Source of the DNA: the human T2T-CHM13v2.0 reference genome, Homo sapiens
Reading direction: 5' to 3' (one strand)
DNA length: 64,000 nucleotides
Assembly: GCF_009914755.1 (NCBI RefSeq)
Contig: NC_060935.1
Shown: positions 13,066 through 27,746 of the stretch, piece after piece
Position numbering within the stretch: position 1 is the stretch's first letter
How the letters are laid out: every line of letters begins with the position of its first letter
Program-made: the position numbers and the translations under genes
The notes under the pieces: generated by a model
Database searches by the model: none
Told to the model about the DNA's origin: nothing
Seen by the model: the letters and a program-made list of their open reading frames with translations, nothing else

Positions 13066-14252
13066 CATACATATACACTATATATATACACACTATATAT
13101 ATATATACACACACACTATATATATATACACACTATATATATATACACACTATATATATACACTATATACACTATATATATACTATACACTATATATACA
13201 CACTATATATACTATATATACGCTATATACACTATACACTATACTATATATAGTGTGTATATGTAGTATATATAGTATATATGTAATATATAGTATATAT
13301 AGTGTATATATTATACTATATATTCTATATATAGTGTATATATACTATATATTCTATATATAGTGTATATATACTATATATTCTATATATAGTGTATATA
13401 TTATACTATATATTCTATATATAGTGTATATATTATACTATATATTCTATATATAGTGTATATATTATACTATATATTCTATATATAGTGTATATATTAT
13501 ACTATATATTCTATATATAGTGTATATATTATACTATATATTCTATATATAGTGTATATATTATACTATATATTCTATATATAGTGTATATATTATACTA
13601 TATATTCTATATATAGTGTATATATTATACTATATATTCTATATATAGTGTATATATTATACTATATATTCTATATATAGTGTATATATTATACTATATA
13701 TTCTATATATAGTGTATATTCTATATATTCTATATATAGTGTATATTCTATATATTCTATATATAGTGTATATTCTATATATTCTATATATAGTGTATAT
13801 TCTATATATTCTATATATAGTGTATATTCTATATATACTATATATTCTATATATTATATTCTATATATATTCTGTATATAGTATCTATACTACATATTCT
13901 GTATATAGTATCTATACTACATATTCTGTATATAGTATCTATACTACATATTCTGTATATAGTATCTATACTATATATTCTGTATGTAGTATCTATACTA
14001 TATATTCTGTATGTAGTATCTATACTATATATTCTGTATGTAGTATATATAAAATACACTATATATACTATACATTATATATACTATATATAATACACTA
14101 CATATATACTATATACACTATATATTATATATACTATATATAGTATATAAATACATACTATATATTTATATAGTATACTATATATAGTATATACTATATA
14201 TACTATATATAGTATACTATATAAATATATAGTATATATAGTATATATATAA
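13066..14252. repeat. Compound TA-rich minisatellite (32-bp and two 27-bp units in TA-rich flanks)
   Basis: Units 'ctatatatagtgtatatattatactatatatt' (32), 'ctatatatagtgtatattctatatatt' (27), 'ctgtatatagtatctatactacatatt' (27). Confidence 0.95.
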
Positions 14253-15388
14253 AATACTGCCTACGTAATCAGTATTTTTTGGTATTTTTCCTTTGTATGA
14301 AGTCTACCTTGTTAAACTTGCTCCAAGTAAAAAGCAGTGGAATCACAAGCTTCTTAAAAAGAAGGTCTGTTCACTCCTCAGTAATGGCAGTATTTTTTTT
14401 TTATTTTTTCAGCTAGTATTAAAGCAAATTTGCTTTTTTCCTCATTCCTGTACCCTGTCTTTTATGTAGCAAACAGTATGCCAGAATGTGTCACCAAGTC
14501 TTCCTATGGGCAACTTATATCCTCTTCCTACCTGAATGTATGATAATATTTAAAATAGTAATGGCCAATTATTAGATGATTATTATTAGAATGATTGGAA
14601 TGTAATCATTCTGATAGTCATCTAGTCAGCCTCCATGCAGAATGTCTGTGATATGATCTTTGTAGCAAAGACGTTTTTTGGAATTTACTGTTTTCATTTT
14701 TTTCTATGCTTTTGTAAATCATAATAAACTTTGATATTATTTTCTCTTAAAAACAAAAAGTTTTGAATTTGACTTGTATTTGTAATGATTACAGACATCT
14801 AGGGACATCTCTTGGGGGTGGTAAGAAGAAGAAACTTGAGCCTTAATCATGAGAAAAGAGATATCAGACCATTAAAGTCTAATCGTCAAATGGCAAAATC
14901 ATAATTCCATCCAAATATCAAATGTATGCATATCAAAGATTTTATTCAAGTTATCAATTTAAAAATGAACAGTAATATGTTACTAACAGTCCAAAGAGCA
15001 GTTGGAAAGCCAAGTGTATACGGAATTTTTAATTTTTTAAAATTTTTTATTTCAGTAGGTTTTGGGGAACAGGTGGTGTTTTGTTACATGAATAAATTCT
15101 TTAGTGGTGATTTATGAGATTTTGGTGCACCCCTCACCCAAGCAGTGTACACTTTATCCAATGGCTTCTTTCATCCCTCAGCCCCCTCCCATCCTTTCCC
15201 CAAGTCCCCAAAGTCCATTGTAGCTTTCTTATGCCTTTGTGTCGTCATACCTTAGCTCCCTCTTGTGAGTGAGAACACACAATGTTTGATTGTCCATTTC
15301 TTCACTTAGAATAGTGGTGTTCAATTCCATCCAAGTTGCTGTGAATGCCATTCTTTCATTCTTTTTTATGACTGAGTAGTATTCCATG

Positions 15389-15434
<46 letters not shown>
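15389..15434. repeat. (TG)n microsatellite within L1PB
   Basis: Direct reading. Confidence 0.95.
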
Positions 15435-15435
<1 letters not shown>

Positions 15436-18400
15436 TGTATCACATTTTCATATACAGTCATTCATTGATGGGTATTTGGGCTGGTTCCATATTTTTGTGA
15501 TTGCTAATTGTGCTGCTAGAAACATTCATGTGCAAGTACCCTTTTCTTATAATGACTTCTTATCCTCTGGGTAGATACCCATGAGTGGGGATGCTGGATC
15601 AAATGGCAGATCTACTTTTAGTTCTCCATACTGTTTTCCATAGTGGTCGTACTAGTTTATCTTCTCACAAACAGTATAAAACTGTTCTATTTTCACCACA
15701 TCCACGCCAACATCTGCTATTTTGGGATTTTTTTTAATGGCCATTCTTGCAGGAGTGAGATGGTATCACATTTTGGTTTTTACTTGCATTTCCCTGATAA
15801 TTAGTGATTTTGAGTACTTTTTCATACTTTTGTTGGCCATTTGTGTATCCTCCTTTGAGAATTGTCTATTCATGTCCTTAGCCCAGTTTTTAAAGGGATT
15901 GTTTGGTTTTTTTCTTGCCGATTAGTTTGAGTTCCTCGTAGACTGTAGATGTTTGTTCTTGGTCAGATGCACAGATTGTGAAGAATTTCTCCCACTCTAG
16001 GGGTTATAAATTCTTATTATTTCTTTTGTTGTGCAGAAGCTTTTTAGTTTAATTCAGTCACATCTATTTACCTGTTTTTGTTGCATTTGCTTTTGGGTAC
16101 TTGTTCATGAAGTCTTTGCCTAAGCCAGTGTCTAAAAGGGTTTTCACAATGTTATCTTCTAGAATTTTTATGGTTTCAGATCTTAGATTTAAGTCTTTGA
16201 TTCATCCTGAGTTGATTTTTGCATAAGGTGACAGATGAGTATCCAGTTTCATTCTTCTAAATGTAGCTTTCCAATTATCCCAGCACCAATTATTGAATAG
16301 TGTATCCTTTCCCTACTCTTTGTTTTTGTTTGCTTTGATGAAGATCAGTTGACTGTAAGTATTTGGCTTTATTTCTAGGTTCTCTATTCTGTTCCATTGA
16401 TGTATATGCCTATTTTTATACCAGTACCATGCCGACTATGATATTATAATATAGTTTGAAGTCGGGTAATGTGATGCCTCCAAATTTGTTCTTTTTTCTT
16501 AGTCTTGTATTGGCTATGCGGGTTCTTTTTGGTTCCATATGCATTTTGGGATTTTTTTTCTAGTTCTGTGAAGAATGATGATGGTATTTTGATGGGCATT
16601 GCATTTAATTTGTAGATTGCTTTTGGCAGTATGGTCATTTTCACAATATTGATTCTACCCATCAATGTTTTGATTTGTTTGTGTTGTCTATGATTTCTTT
16701 CAGCAGTGTTTTGTAGTTTCCCTTGTTGTGGTCTCTCATCTCCTTGGTTAAGTATATTCCTAAGTATTTGTTTTGCAGTTATTATAAAAGGTGTTGTGTT
16801 CTTGATTTGATTCTCAGCTTGGTCTCTGTTGGTATATAGCAGAGCTACTAATTGGTGTACATTAATTTTTGTATCCTTAAACTTTGCTGTATTTATTTAC
16901 CTTTCATCCTCCTAAGTTCTAGGGTCGTTTTGGATGAGTCTTTAGGGTTGTCTGCATATACAATTATGTCATAAGCAAACAGCAACAGTTTGACTTCCTC
17001 TTTTACCAATTTGGAAGCCCTTTATTTATTTGTCTTGTCTGATTGCTTTGGCTAGGACTTCCAGTACTGATTGCACAGAAGTGGTGAAAGTGTGCATCCT
17101 TGTCTTGTTCCATTTATCAGGGGAACTGCTTTCAAATTTTCCCCATTTAATATAATGTTGGCTGTGGGTTTGTCATAGACAGCTCTTATTACATTAAGGT
17201 ATGTCCTTTGTATGCCGATTTGGCTGAGCGTTTTAATCATAAAGACATGCTGGATTTTGTCAAATGCTTTTTCTGTGTCTATTGAGATGATCATGTGAAT
17301 TTTTTAAAAATTCTATTTATATGGTGTATCCCATTTATTGACTTGTGAATGTTAAACCATCCCTACATCCCTGTTATGAAACCCACTTAATAATTGCAGA
17401 TTATCTTTTTGATATGCTGTTGGATTCTGTTACCTCATATTTTGTTGAGAATGTTTGCATCTATGTTCGTCAGGGATATTGGTCTGTCATGTTTTTGTTG
17501 TTGTTATGGCCTTTCCTGGTTTGGGTATTAGGCTGATACTGGCTTCATAGAATGATATAGGGAGGATTTCTTCTTTCTTTCCCTTGTGGAATAGTGTCAA
17601 TAAGATTGGTATCAATTCTTCTTTGAATGTCTGATAGAATTCATCTGTGAATCCATCTGATACTGGACTTTTATTCTTGGTAACATTTTAATTACCATTT
17701 CGATCTTGCTGCTTGTTATTGGTCTGTTCAGAGTTTCTAATTTTTCCTGGTTTAATCTAGGAGGGTTGTATGTTTTCAGGAATTTATGCATCTCCTCTAG
17801 GTTTTCCAGTTTATGCACATATAAAGGTGTTCATGGTAGCCTTGAATAATCTGTATTTCTGTGGTATCGGTAGTAATATCTCTTATTTTGCTTCTAATTG
17901 AGCTTATTTGGATCTACTCTCTTCTTTTCTTGGTTAATCTCACTGATATTCTATTATATTTATCTTTTCAAAGAATCAGCTCTTCATTTAATTTATCTTT
18001 TGTATTTATTTCTTTCAATTTAATTTAGTTCTGCTCTAATCTCTATTACTTTTTATTACTTCTGCTGTTTTAGGTTTGGTTTGTTTTTATTCCGCTGGTT
18101 GTGTCATTATTATCATTCACTTAAAAGAATTTTTCATTTCCATCTTGATTTCATTGTTGACCCAAGGATCATTCAGGAACAGGCTATTTAATTTCCATGT
18201 ATTTGCATGGTTTTGAGGGTTCCTTTTAGAGTTGATTTCCAATTTTATTCTTCTGTAGTAGGAGAAGACACTTGATAAAATTCGGATTTTCTTAAATTTG
18301 TTGAGACTTGATTTATGGCGTATCATATGGTCTATCTTGGAGAAAGTTTCATGTGCTGATGGATAAGAATGTATGTTCTGCAATTGTTAGGTAGAATGTT

Positions 18401-19620
18401 CTGTAAATATCTGTTACATCCATTTGTTCCAAGGTATAGTTTAAGTCTATTGTTTCTTTATTGACTTTCTGTTTTGATGACCTGTCCACCGCTGTCAGTG
18501 GAGTATTGAAGTCCCCCACTATTATTTTGTTGCTGTCTATCTCATTTCTTAGGTCTAGTAGTAATTGCTTTATAAATTTGAAAGCTCCCCTGTTAGGTGC
18601 ATATATATTGAGGACTGTGATATTTTCATGTTGGACTGGTCCTTTTATCATTATATAATGTCCCTCTTTGTATTTTTTAACTGCTGTTAGTTTAAAGTTT
18701 GTTTCAGCTTATATAGAATAGATACTGCTGCTCACTTTTGGCATCCATTGCATGGAATATTTTTTCCACATCTTTACCTTAAGTTTATGTGAGTCCTTAT
18801 GTGTCAGGTGAGTCTCTTGAAGACACCAGATACTTGGTTACTGACTTCTTATTCACTGCACCATTCTGCATCTTTTAAGTGGAGCGTTTAGGCCATTTAT
18901 CTCCAATGTAAGTATTCAGATGTGAGTACTAATCTATTCATCGTGGTATTTGTTGCCTGAATACACTGTTTTATGTTTTTCATTGTGTTATAGTTTTATA
19001 GGACCAGTGAGATTTATACTTTAAGGAGATTCTATTTTGGGGTGTTTTGAGGATTTTTTTTCAAGACTTAGAGCTCCTTTCAGCAATTTTTGTAGTGCTG
19101 GCTTGGTAGTGGTTACTTTTCTCAGCATTTGTTTGCCTAAAAAGGCCGTATCTTTCCTTCAATTATGCACCTCAGTTTGAGTGAATACAAAATTTTGGGC
19201 TGATAATTGTTTGTCTTAGGAGGCTAAAGACAGGACCCTAAACGCTTCTAGCTTGTAGCATTTCCACTGAGAAATCTGCTATTAATCTGATAGTTTTTCC
19301 TTTATAGGTTAGCTGATGCTTTGGCCTTACAGCTTTTAAGATTCTTTCCTTTGTCTTGGCTTTAGATAACCTGACAACTTTTCGTGATCAATTTCCCAGG
19401 TGTTCTTACAACTTCTGATATTTCAATGTCTAGATCTCTAGCAAGGCTGAGGAAGTTTTCATCAATTATTCCCTCAAGTATGTTTTCCAAACTTTTAGAT
19501 TTCTCTTCTTCCTTGAAAAACTAGTTATTCATAGGTTTGGTCATTTAACATAATCCCAAACTTCTTGGAGGCTTTGTTTATTTTTCTTTATTCTTTTTTT
19601 TCTGCCTTTGTCAGATTGGG

Positions 19621-21875
19621 TGTATTAGTTCATTTTCACACTGCTGATACAGACATACCTGATGCTGGGCATTTTTTTTTTAAAGAGGTGTATTGCACTC
19701 ACAGTTCCATGTAGCTGGGGAGGCCTCACAATCATGGTAGAAGATGAAAGGTATGTCTCACATGGTGACAAACAAGAGAAGAGAGTTTGTGCAGGGAAAC
19801 TCCCCTTTTTAAAACCATGAGATCTCGTGAGACTCATTCGCTATTACAAGAACAGTGCCAAAAAACTACCCCAATAATTCAATCAACTAACACTAGGTTA
19901 CTCCCACAACACATGAGAATCGTGGGAGTTACAACTCAAGATGAGATTTGGGTGGGGACATAGCCAAACCATATCATTCCACCCCTGGCCCCTTCCAAAT
20001 CTCATGCCCTCTCATTTCAAAACCAATCATGCCTTCCCAATAGTCCCCCAAGTCTTAACTCATTTCAGCATTAACTCAAAGTCTACAGTCCAATGTCTCA
20101 TCTGAGACAAGGCAAGTCCCTGCCACCTATGAGCCTGTAAAATCAAAAGCAAGTTAGTAACTTCCTAGATACAGTGGTGGTACAGGCATTGGGTAAATAC
20201 AACCATTCCAAATGGGAGAAATTGGCCAAAACAAAGGGGCTACAGTCCCCATGCAGATACAAAAACCAACAGGGCAGTCAAATACTAAAGCTCCAAAATG
20301 ATCTCATTTGACTCCATGTCTCACACCCAGGTCATGCATGAGGTAGGTTCCCATGGTCTTAGGCAGCTCTGGCCCTGTGAAAGGGTGTAGCCCTCCTCCT
20401 GGCTGCTTTCATGGGCTGGTATTGAGTTTCTGTGGCTTTTCCAGGTGCATAGTGCAAGCCGTCAGTGGATCTAGAGGATGGTGGCTCTCTTCTCACACCT
20501 CCACTAGGCAGTGCCCCAGTAGGGACTCTGTGTAGGGGCTCCAAACTTACATTTCTCTTCCACACTGCCCTACCAGAGGTTGTCCATGAGGGCCCCACCC
20601 CTGCAGCACACTTCTTCCTGAGCATCCAGGCATTTCCATACATCCTCTGAAATCTAGGCAGAGGTTTCCAAACCTCAATTCTTCACTTCTGTGCACCTGC
20701 AAGCTCAACACCATGTGAAAGCTGCCAAAACGTGGGGCTTCCACCCTCTGAAGAAACAGCCCAAGCTGTACATTGGCCCTTTTTAGTCATGGCTAGAGCA
20801 GCTGGGATGCAGGGAACAAAGTCTCCACACTCTACACAGCAGAGGGATCCTGGGCCCAGGCCACAAAACCATTTTTTCCCCCTAAACCTCCAGGTCTGTG
20901 ATGGGAGTGGCGGCCACAAAGGCCTCTGGCATACCCTGAAGACATTTTCTTCATTGTCTTTGTAATTAACTTTTGACTCCTCATTACTTATGCAAATTTC
21001 TGTAGCTGGCTTGAATTTCTACTCAGAAAGTGGGATTTTTCTTTTCTATTGCATTGTCAGGCTGCAAATTTTCCAAACTTGTATGCTCTGTTTCTCTTTT
21101 AAAACTAAATGCTTTTAACAGCACCCAAATCACCTCTAGAATGCATTGCTGCTTAGAAATTTCTTCTGCCAGATACCCTAAATCATCTCTCTCAAGTTCA
21201 AAGTTTCACAAATCTCTAGGACCATGGCAAAATGCCACCAGTCTCTTTGCTAAAACAGAAAAAGAGTTAACCTTTGCACCAGTTCCCAACAAGTTCCTCA
21301 TCTCGATCTGAGACCAACTTAGACTGGATTTTATTGTTCATATCATTATCAGCATTTTGGTCAAAGCCATTCAACAAGTCTCTAGGGACTTCTAAACTTT
21401 TCTACATTTTCCTGTCATCTTCTTCTGAGTCCTCCTAACTCTTCCAACCTCTGCTTGTTACGCAGTTCCAAAGTCACTTCCACATTTTGGGGTATCTTTT
21501 CAGCAGTGCCACACTCTACTGTATTAGTCCATTTTCATGCTGCTGATAAAGACATACCACAAACTGGGCAATTTACACAAGAAAGAGATTTATTGGACTC
21601 ACAGTTTCGAGTGGCCGGGGAGACCTCACAATCATAGTGGAAGATGGAAGGCATGTCTCACATGGTGGCAGACAAGAGAAGAGAGCTTGTGCAGGGAAAC
21701 TTTCCTTTTTAAAATCATCAGATCTCATGAGACTCATTGACTAACACAAGAACAGTGCAGGAAAGACCTGCCAACATAATCAAATCACCCTCCACCAGGT
21801 TCCTCCCATGACACTGGGAATTGTGGGAGTTACAATTCAAGATGATTTGGGTGGCAACACAGACAAACCATATCA
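19621..21875 (-). mobile_element. Complete THE1 (MaLR) provirus: LTR 19621-19976, internal 19977-21519, LTR 21520-21875
   Basis: Both LTRs run 'tgtattagt...aaccatatca'; 5-bp TSD 'ttggg' at 19616-19620 and 21876-21880; ~1.55 kb THE1-int. Confidence 0.95.
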
Positions 21876-24301
21876 TTGGGTTAATTAAAAAGCCTTGTTT
21901 TCAAGCTCTGAAGTTCTTTCTTCTACTTGTTAGATTTTATTTCTGAGACTTTCCTGTGCATTTTGCATTTCTTTAAGTGTGTCCTTCATTTCCAAAAGTT
22001 GTGATTGTTTTTTATCTATGCTATCTATTTCACTGGAGATTTTTCCTTTTATATCTTGTATTATTTTTATTTTATTTCAAGTTGGACTTCACATTTCTCT
22101 TTTGCCTCCTTGAGTGGTTTTATAATCTACCCTCTGAATTCTTTTTCTGATGTTTCAGAGATGTTGGCTTGGTTTGGATCCATTGCTGGTGAGCTAGTGT
22201 GATATTTTGAGGGTGTTAAAGAACCTTGTTTTGTCATATTACCAGAACTGTTTTCCAGGTTCCTTCTCATTTGAGTAGACTATGTCAGAGGGAGGGTCTG
22301 GGACTCAAGTGCTGCTGTTCAGATTCTTTTGTCCCACAAGGGTGCTCCTGTGATGTGGTACTCTCCTGTTTCCCCTAGGGATGGGAATTCCTGAGAGCTG
22401 AACTGCAGTGATTATTATCTCTTTACAGGATCTATCCACCCAGTGTAACTACCGGGCTCTTGGCTTTTACTGGGGAGTGTCTTTAAAGAGTACTGTGATG
22501 TGATCCATCTTCAGATCTCTCAGCTGTGGACACTGGAACCTACTCTTGTGGAGGAAGCAGGTGAGTGAAGTGGACTCTCTGAGGGTCCTTGCTTGCATTT
22601 TTTTAAGTGTGCTGGTTTTGTATTGGTTGACCTGGAACCCGGAGGTGATGCTTTCAAGAGTGCATCAGCTGTGATCATATAGGGAGGATACAAGTTTGCC
22701 CTAGAGTTACCTTTGGATAAGTATTCAGGTATTTCAGGCAGTGGCATGGCCATAGAGCTCCCAAAAGATTATGTCCTTTGTCTTCAGCTACCAGGGTGGG
22801 TAGAGAAGGACCATCTGGTGGGGGTAAAGTTAGGTGTGTCTGAGCTCAGACTCTCACTGGGCAGGACTTGCTGAAGCTGCTCTTGGGGTTGGGGGTGTGG
22901 TTCTCAGGCCAATGGAATTATGTACCCAGGGAATTCTGGCTGTCTTGGCTGTGTCACACAGGTTACCAAGAATGTAGGGGAAAGCTGGCAGCCACAGGCC
23001 TCACCAAGGTACAGTGCAGCATGCAGCCCAAAATGCTGATCTCTCATTGTGCCCCTGCAACAGCACCAAGTTTATTGCCAGGCAGCCAGTGAACAGGGCT
23101 GAGAACTTGTTCCAGGCTACAAGCTTCCTAGCAGAGAAAGCAGCTGACTCACAGTTCTTTGGCTGTCCCAGGGTGCCTGCAGTGGCAACTCACCGCCTTC
23201 AAAGTGTCTTTGGATTCTCTCGGCTTTCCTGATATGTTCCTGTGGTAGTTTTTGGAGATAAAGTTCATGATGTCGGTCTCCATGCCCTGCTCTATCCCTC
23301 CAAGTTGGAGCTGAAAGACAGTCCTGTCCCCTATCTTGCATTTTTTCCCTTTTATATATAGAAAATTTAACCAAGAAATGGTTTAGGATGTTGGCTTATG
23401 TACAAATGTAGTTTTTGTCCAGCAGAGCCCAAAACCATAACTTTGAAGGTTATCTGTTGTACCAGAAAGAAATTATTTGCATCTCTACTTGACAAAAATT
23501 AGCAAGTATGTATTTATTTTTGCAGAATTTTAAAATAGTCCAATCAATATAAATTATATCAAAATTGCAAGCCTGGAATTGCATTGGAAAAACAACAACA
23601 AAAAACACCCAGTAATCTCTTTGCCTATTTTTAAGTTACAGATAATTTTCCTGACAGGAGGAGGTAATTTTGTGGATCTTAAAGTTTATCTTCATCTAAT
23701 TCAGTGTAAATTGTGAAGTAATGGGCCAATATCAATTGTGAAAGAGATGACACAGAGACCATTTGCAATGAGCCAGCTGTTCCTTAGATCATTAAAGGAC
23801 CGAAATTTGGATGATTTCTTGAATGTAACATAGGAGTTGCTTCAGGCCCTTCTGTGTCCACAAGAAAGATTAAGTACAGCTAGGTAAAAATCAGAGGAGA
23901 AATTCTGTTTTCTATTCTTTAAGAAAAAGCTAGACTGCACAAGTGATTCTCATTTTACCATTAGAAACTACTTTCTGAGAAGCCAAATAAATTGGCAACT
24001 TGGAGTTGAAACTAACTTAAATATTTACAAAGGGATGGAGAAGTAAAGAAAATAAAATGAAAAATCAGATAATGTAACTCGTTGTTATTACAATTCAAGA
24101 GGCTCCCCAACACTTAAAATTCAAACTGCTCCCCAAGGCTGACATAAAACCCTGCAGGATCTTGCTTCTGGATCTTTTTCTGGCCTCATCTCCTCTCATT
24201 TACTGCTCTCATTGCCCTTCAGCCACAGTGGCTGAGTACACGCTTTAAAAATACGCTACCGCAATTGCTCCTAAGACAGTTTCACTCTGAACCACACATT
24301 T

Positions 24302-26035
24302 CTTTTTTTTTTTTTTAAGTGTGGTAGAAAACACATAACATGATATGTACCCTTTTAACAAATGTTTAAGTGTATAGTACAGTATTGTTAACTATAGTCA
24401 CAGTGTTGTTTGACACATCTTCAGAATTTTTTGTTTTACATAATTTACTAAAGCATGATTGATATAAAAAAGTCAATATTTCATTTAAACAGAAAGAATC
24501 AATAATAAGTATTTGAGGTAATGGATATATTAATTAGCTTAATTCGATAATTCCACAGTATGTACATATATTATAGCACCACTTTCTGCCCCATAAATAC
24601 AGTCATAATTTGTCAATATCCAGTTTTTTAAAGCTGTACATTTTTAATGTATACAACTTGATGAGTTTGGAGATAAGTATACACCTGTGAAATCATGACT
24701 ACAATCTATGCCATAAAGCTCTCCATCATCTGTAAAAGTTTCCACCTGTCCTATTTATTATTATTATTACTGATAAGAATGGTTAACATAAGGTCTCCCA
24801 TCTTAGCAAATTTTTAAGTATACGATACAATATTGTTAACTATACCTCAATATTAACCAAAGGGTGCAAAGTTTCAGTTATACAAGACAGATAAGTCCTA
24901 GAGACCTACAACTTTTTCTTCTTGCATGACTGATACTCAGTAATCATTGAACCAGCAGCTCCTCATTTCCCCTTCCCCTCATCTTGTAATCACCATTCTA
25001 CTTTGTTGACTACTTAAGTTACTCATGTAAGGGAAATCATGAAGTGTTTTTGAAACTAGCTTATTTCACTTAACATAATTTCCTCAAGTTTCAGCTATGC
25101 TTTCTTTCATAAATGGCAGAATTTTCTTTTTTTCTGGAGCCTAATAATATTCCATTGTATATATCTACCACATTTTCTTCATTCATTTATCCATCGGTGG
25201 ACATTTAAGTTGTTTCCATATCTTGACTATCCTGCACAGTGCTGCAATGAACATGAGGCTGCAGATATTTTGTTGAGATTCTGACTTCAATCCTTTGGAT
25301 AAATACCCAGAAGTGAGGTGGATGGATCATACAGTAATTCTAGAAAACCTCAATACTGTTTTTCCTAACAGCTGCATTATTTTGCATTCCTACCAACATT
25401 GCACAAGGGTTACAATGGCTCACATTCCTATCAACAGTTGTTATTTTCTGGGCTTTTTAGAGAATTGTCATTCTAACAGATGTGAGGCAATATTTCATTT
25501 TTTGACTTACATTTCCATAATGATTCATGACAGTTGGACTTTTTTTTATACCTGTGGGTTATTTTAATGTCTTTTGGGGGGAAATATCTATCCAAGTCCT
25601 TTACCCTTTATTTATTTATTTATGTATTTAATTTACTACTAACCTATAGGAATTTTTTGTATATTTTGCATATTAACTTCTTATCAGATATATAATATGG
25701 CATGTCCTTTTGCTTCACTTCCTTCATTTGTATAGAAGGGGTAGTGTTATTACTTACTGCATGGTGTTATTGAAGGTTTGAATTGATTAATATTCACAAT
25801 ATGCTTAGAAATGTGTTTGCTCAACCATCAATAGTACACAACATTAACAGGATAAAGAATAAAAATCACATAGAGAAAAAGCATTTAACACAATTTAACA
25901 GCTTTTCATGATAAAAAACACAAATTAATGATAGAAGGAAATTATCTCAACATAATAAAAGTCATATATGAAAAGCTCATATCTTATATCATACTCAGTG
26001 GTGATAATGAGAAGCTTTTCCTATAAGATCAAGGA
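24302..26035. mobile_element. Cluster of nested old L1 (L1MA/L1MB) fragments on both strands
   Basis: L1M 3'UTR motifs ('agtattgttaactata', 'gaggtaatggatatattaattagctt', 'aaagtttcagttata') and an ORF2 fragment at ~25820-26030. Confidence 0.65.
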
Positions 26036-26289
26036 GCTTCTGTCTGTTGCTTTTACACTTGCAGATCTTCCTGCCAGTAATGCTTCTCCTGTGGAGAATT
26101 ACATAACTTATTTCCACAGTTTATTCAAGCCATGACTCCTTTGTCACCTTAGGGAGGCTTTCCTACTCAGCCTCATATAAATGCAAACCACCTACATGCC
26201 TGTCTCGCTCACTCCTTTTGAATTCTGTGATTATTCTTCTAAGTTAGTAAAGTGTAGATTCAGATTCAGACAAAAACAGTTTATAGAAC

Positions 26290-26550
26290 AAACCCTCAAG
26301 TGGCACTTAGTATGTGCGAGGTATTGTTCTAAGTGGTTTCCACATAGCAAATTACTTAATCCTCACATCAACTCTATGATATAGTTTCTAATATCACATT
26401 TTCTGATGCTGAAACTGTGTCACAAAGAGGTTCAGGCACTTGGCCATTAAGCAGGGATTATTCTAATATCTAAATGCTAATATGAATCAATGCAGTTAAT
26501 AATCAAACACAGTTTGACCCAAGAATCAAAGCTTTTGACCACTAGATTAT
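26290..26550 (-). mobile_element. MIR
   Basis: 'gcacttagtatgtgcgaggtattgttctaag...ttaatcctcacatcaactctatga...gaaactgtgtcacaaagaggtt'. Confidence 0.7.
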
Positions 26551-26592
26551 ATTTCATTTTTTAAAAAAAGGTACAGGTTGGCTTGATTTTGA

Positions 26593-27746
<1,154 letters not shown>

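Larger units (their letters stand above)
15036..23345 (-). mobile_element. Near full-length L1PB (3'UTR, fragmented ORF2, ORF1, 5'UTR), interrupted by THE1 at 19621-21875
   Basis: L1PB 3'UTR at ~15050; ORF2 fragments in track (16444, 17052, 17612, 18117, 18349; e.g. 'ITVLNIYAPNRGAFKFIKQLLLDL', 'VGDFNTPL'); L1 sequence resumes after the THE1 TSD. Confidence 0.88.

Noticed and set aside
13712-14143. ORF with 9-aa repeats (YILYILYIV, SVYSIYTTY)
   Set aside because: Translation of 27-bp minisatellite units; no coding evidence
15015-23370. Possible TSD for the large L1PB ('gtatacggaatttt' vs 'atatagaaaattt')
   Set aside because: Too degenerate and AT-rich to support
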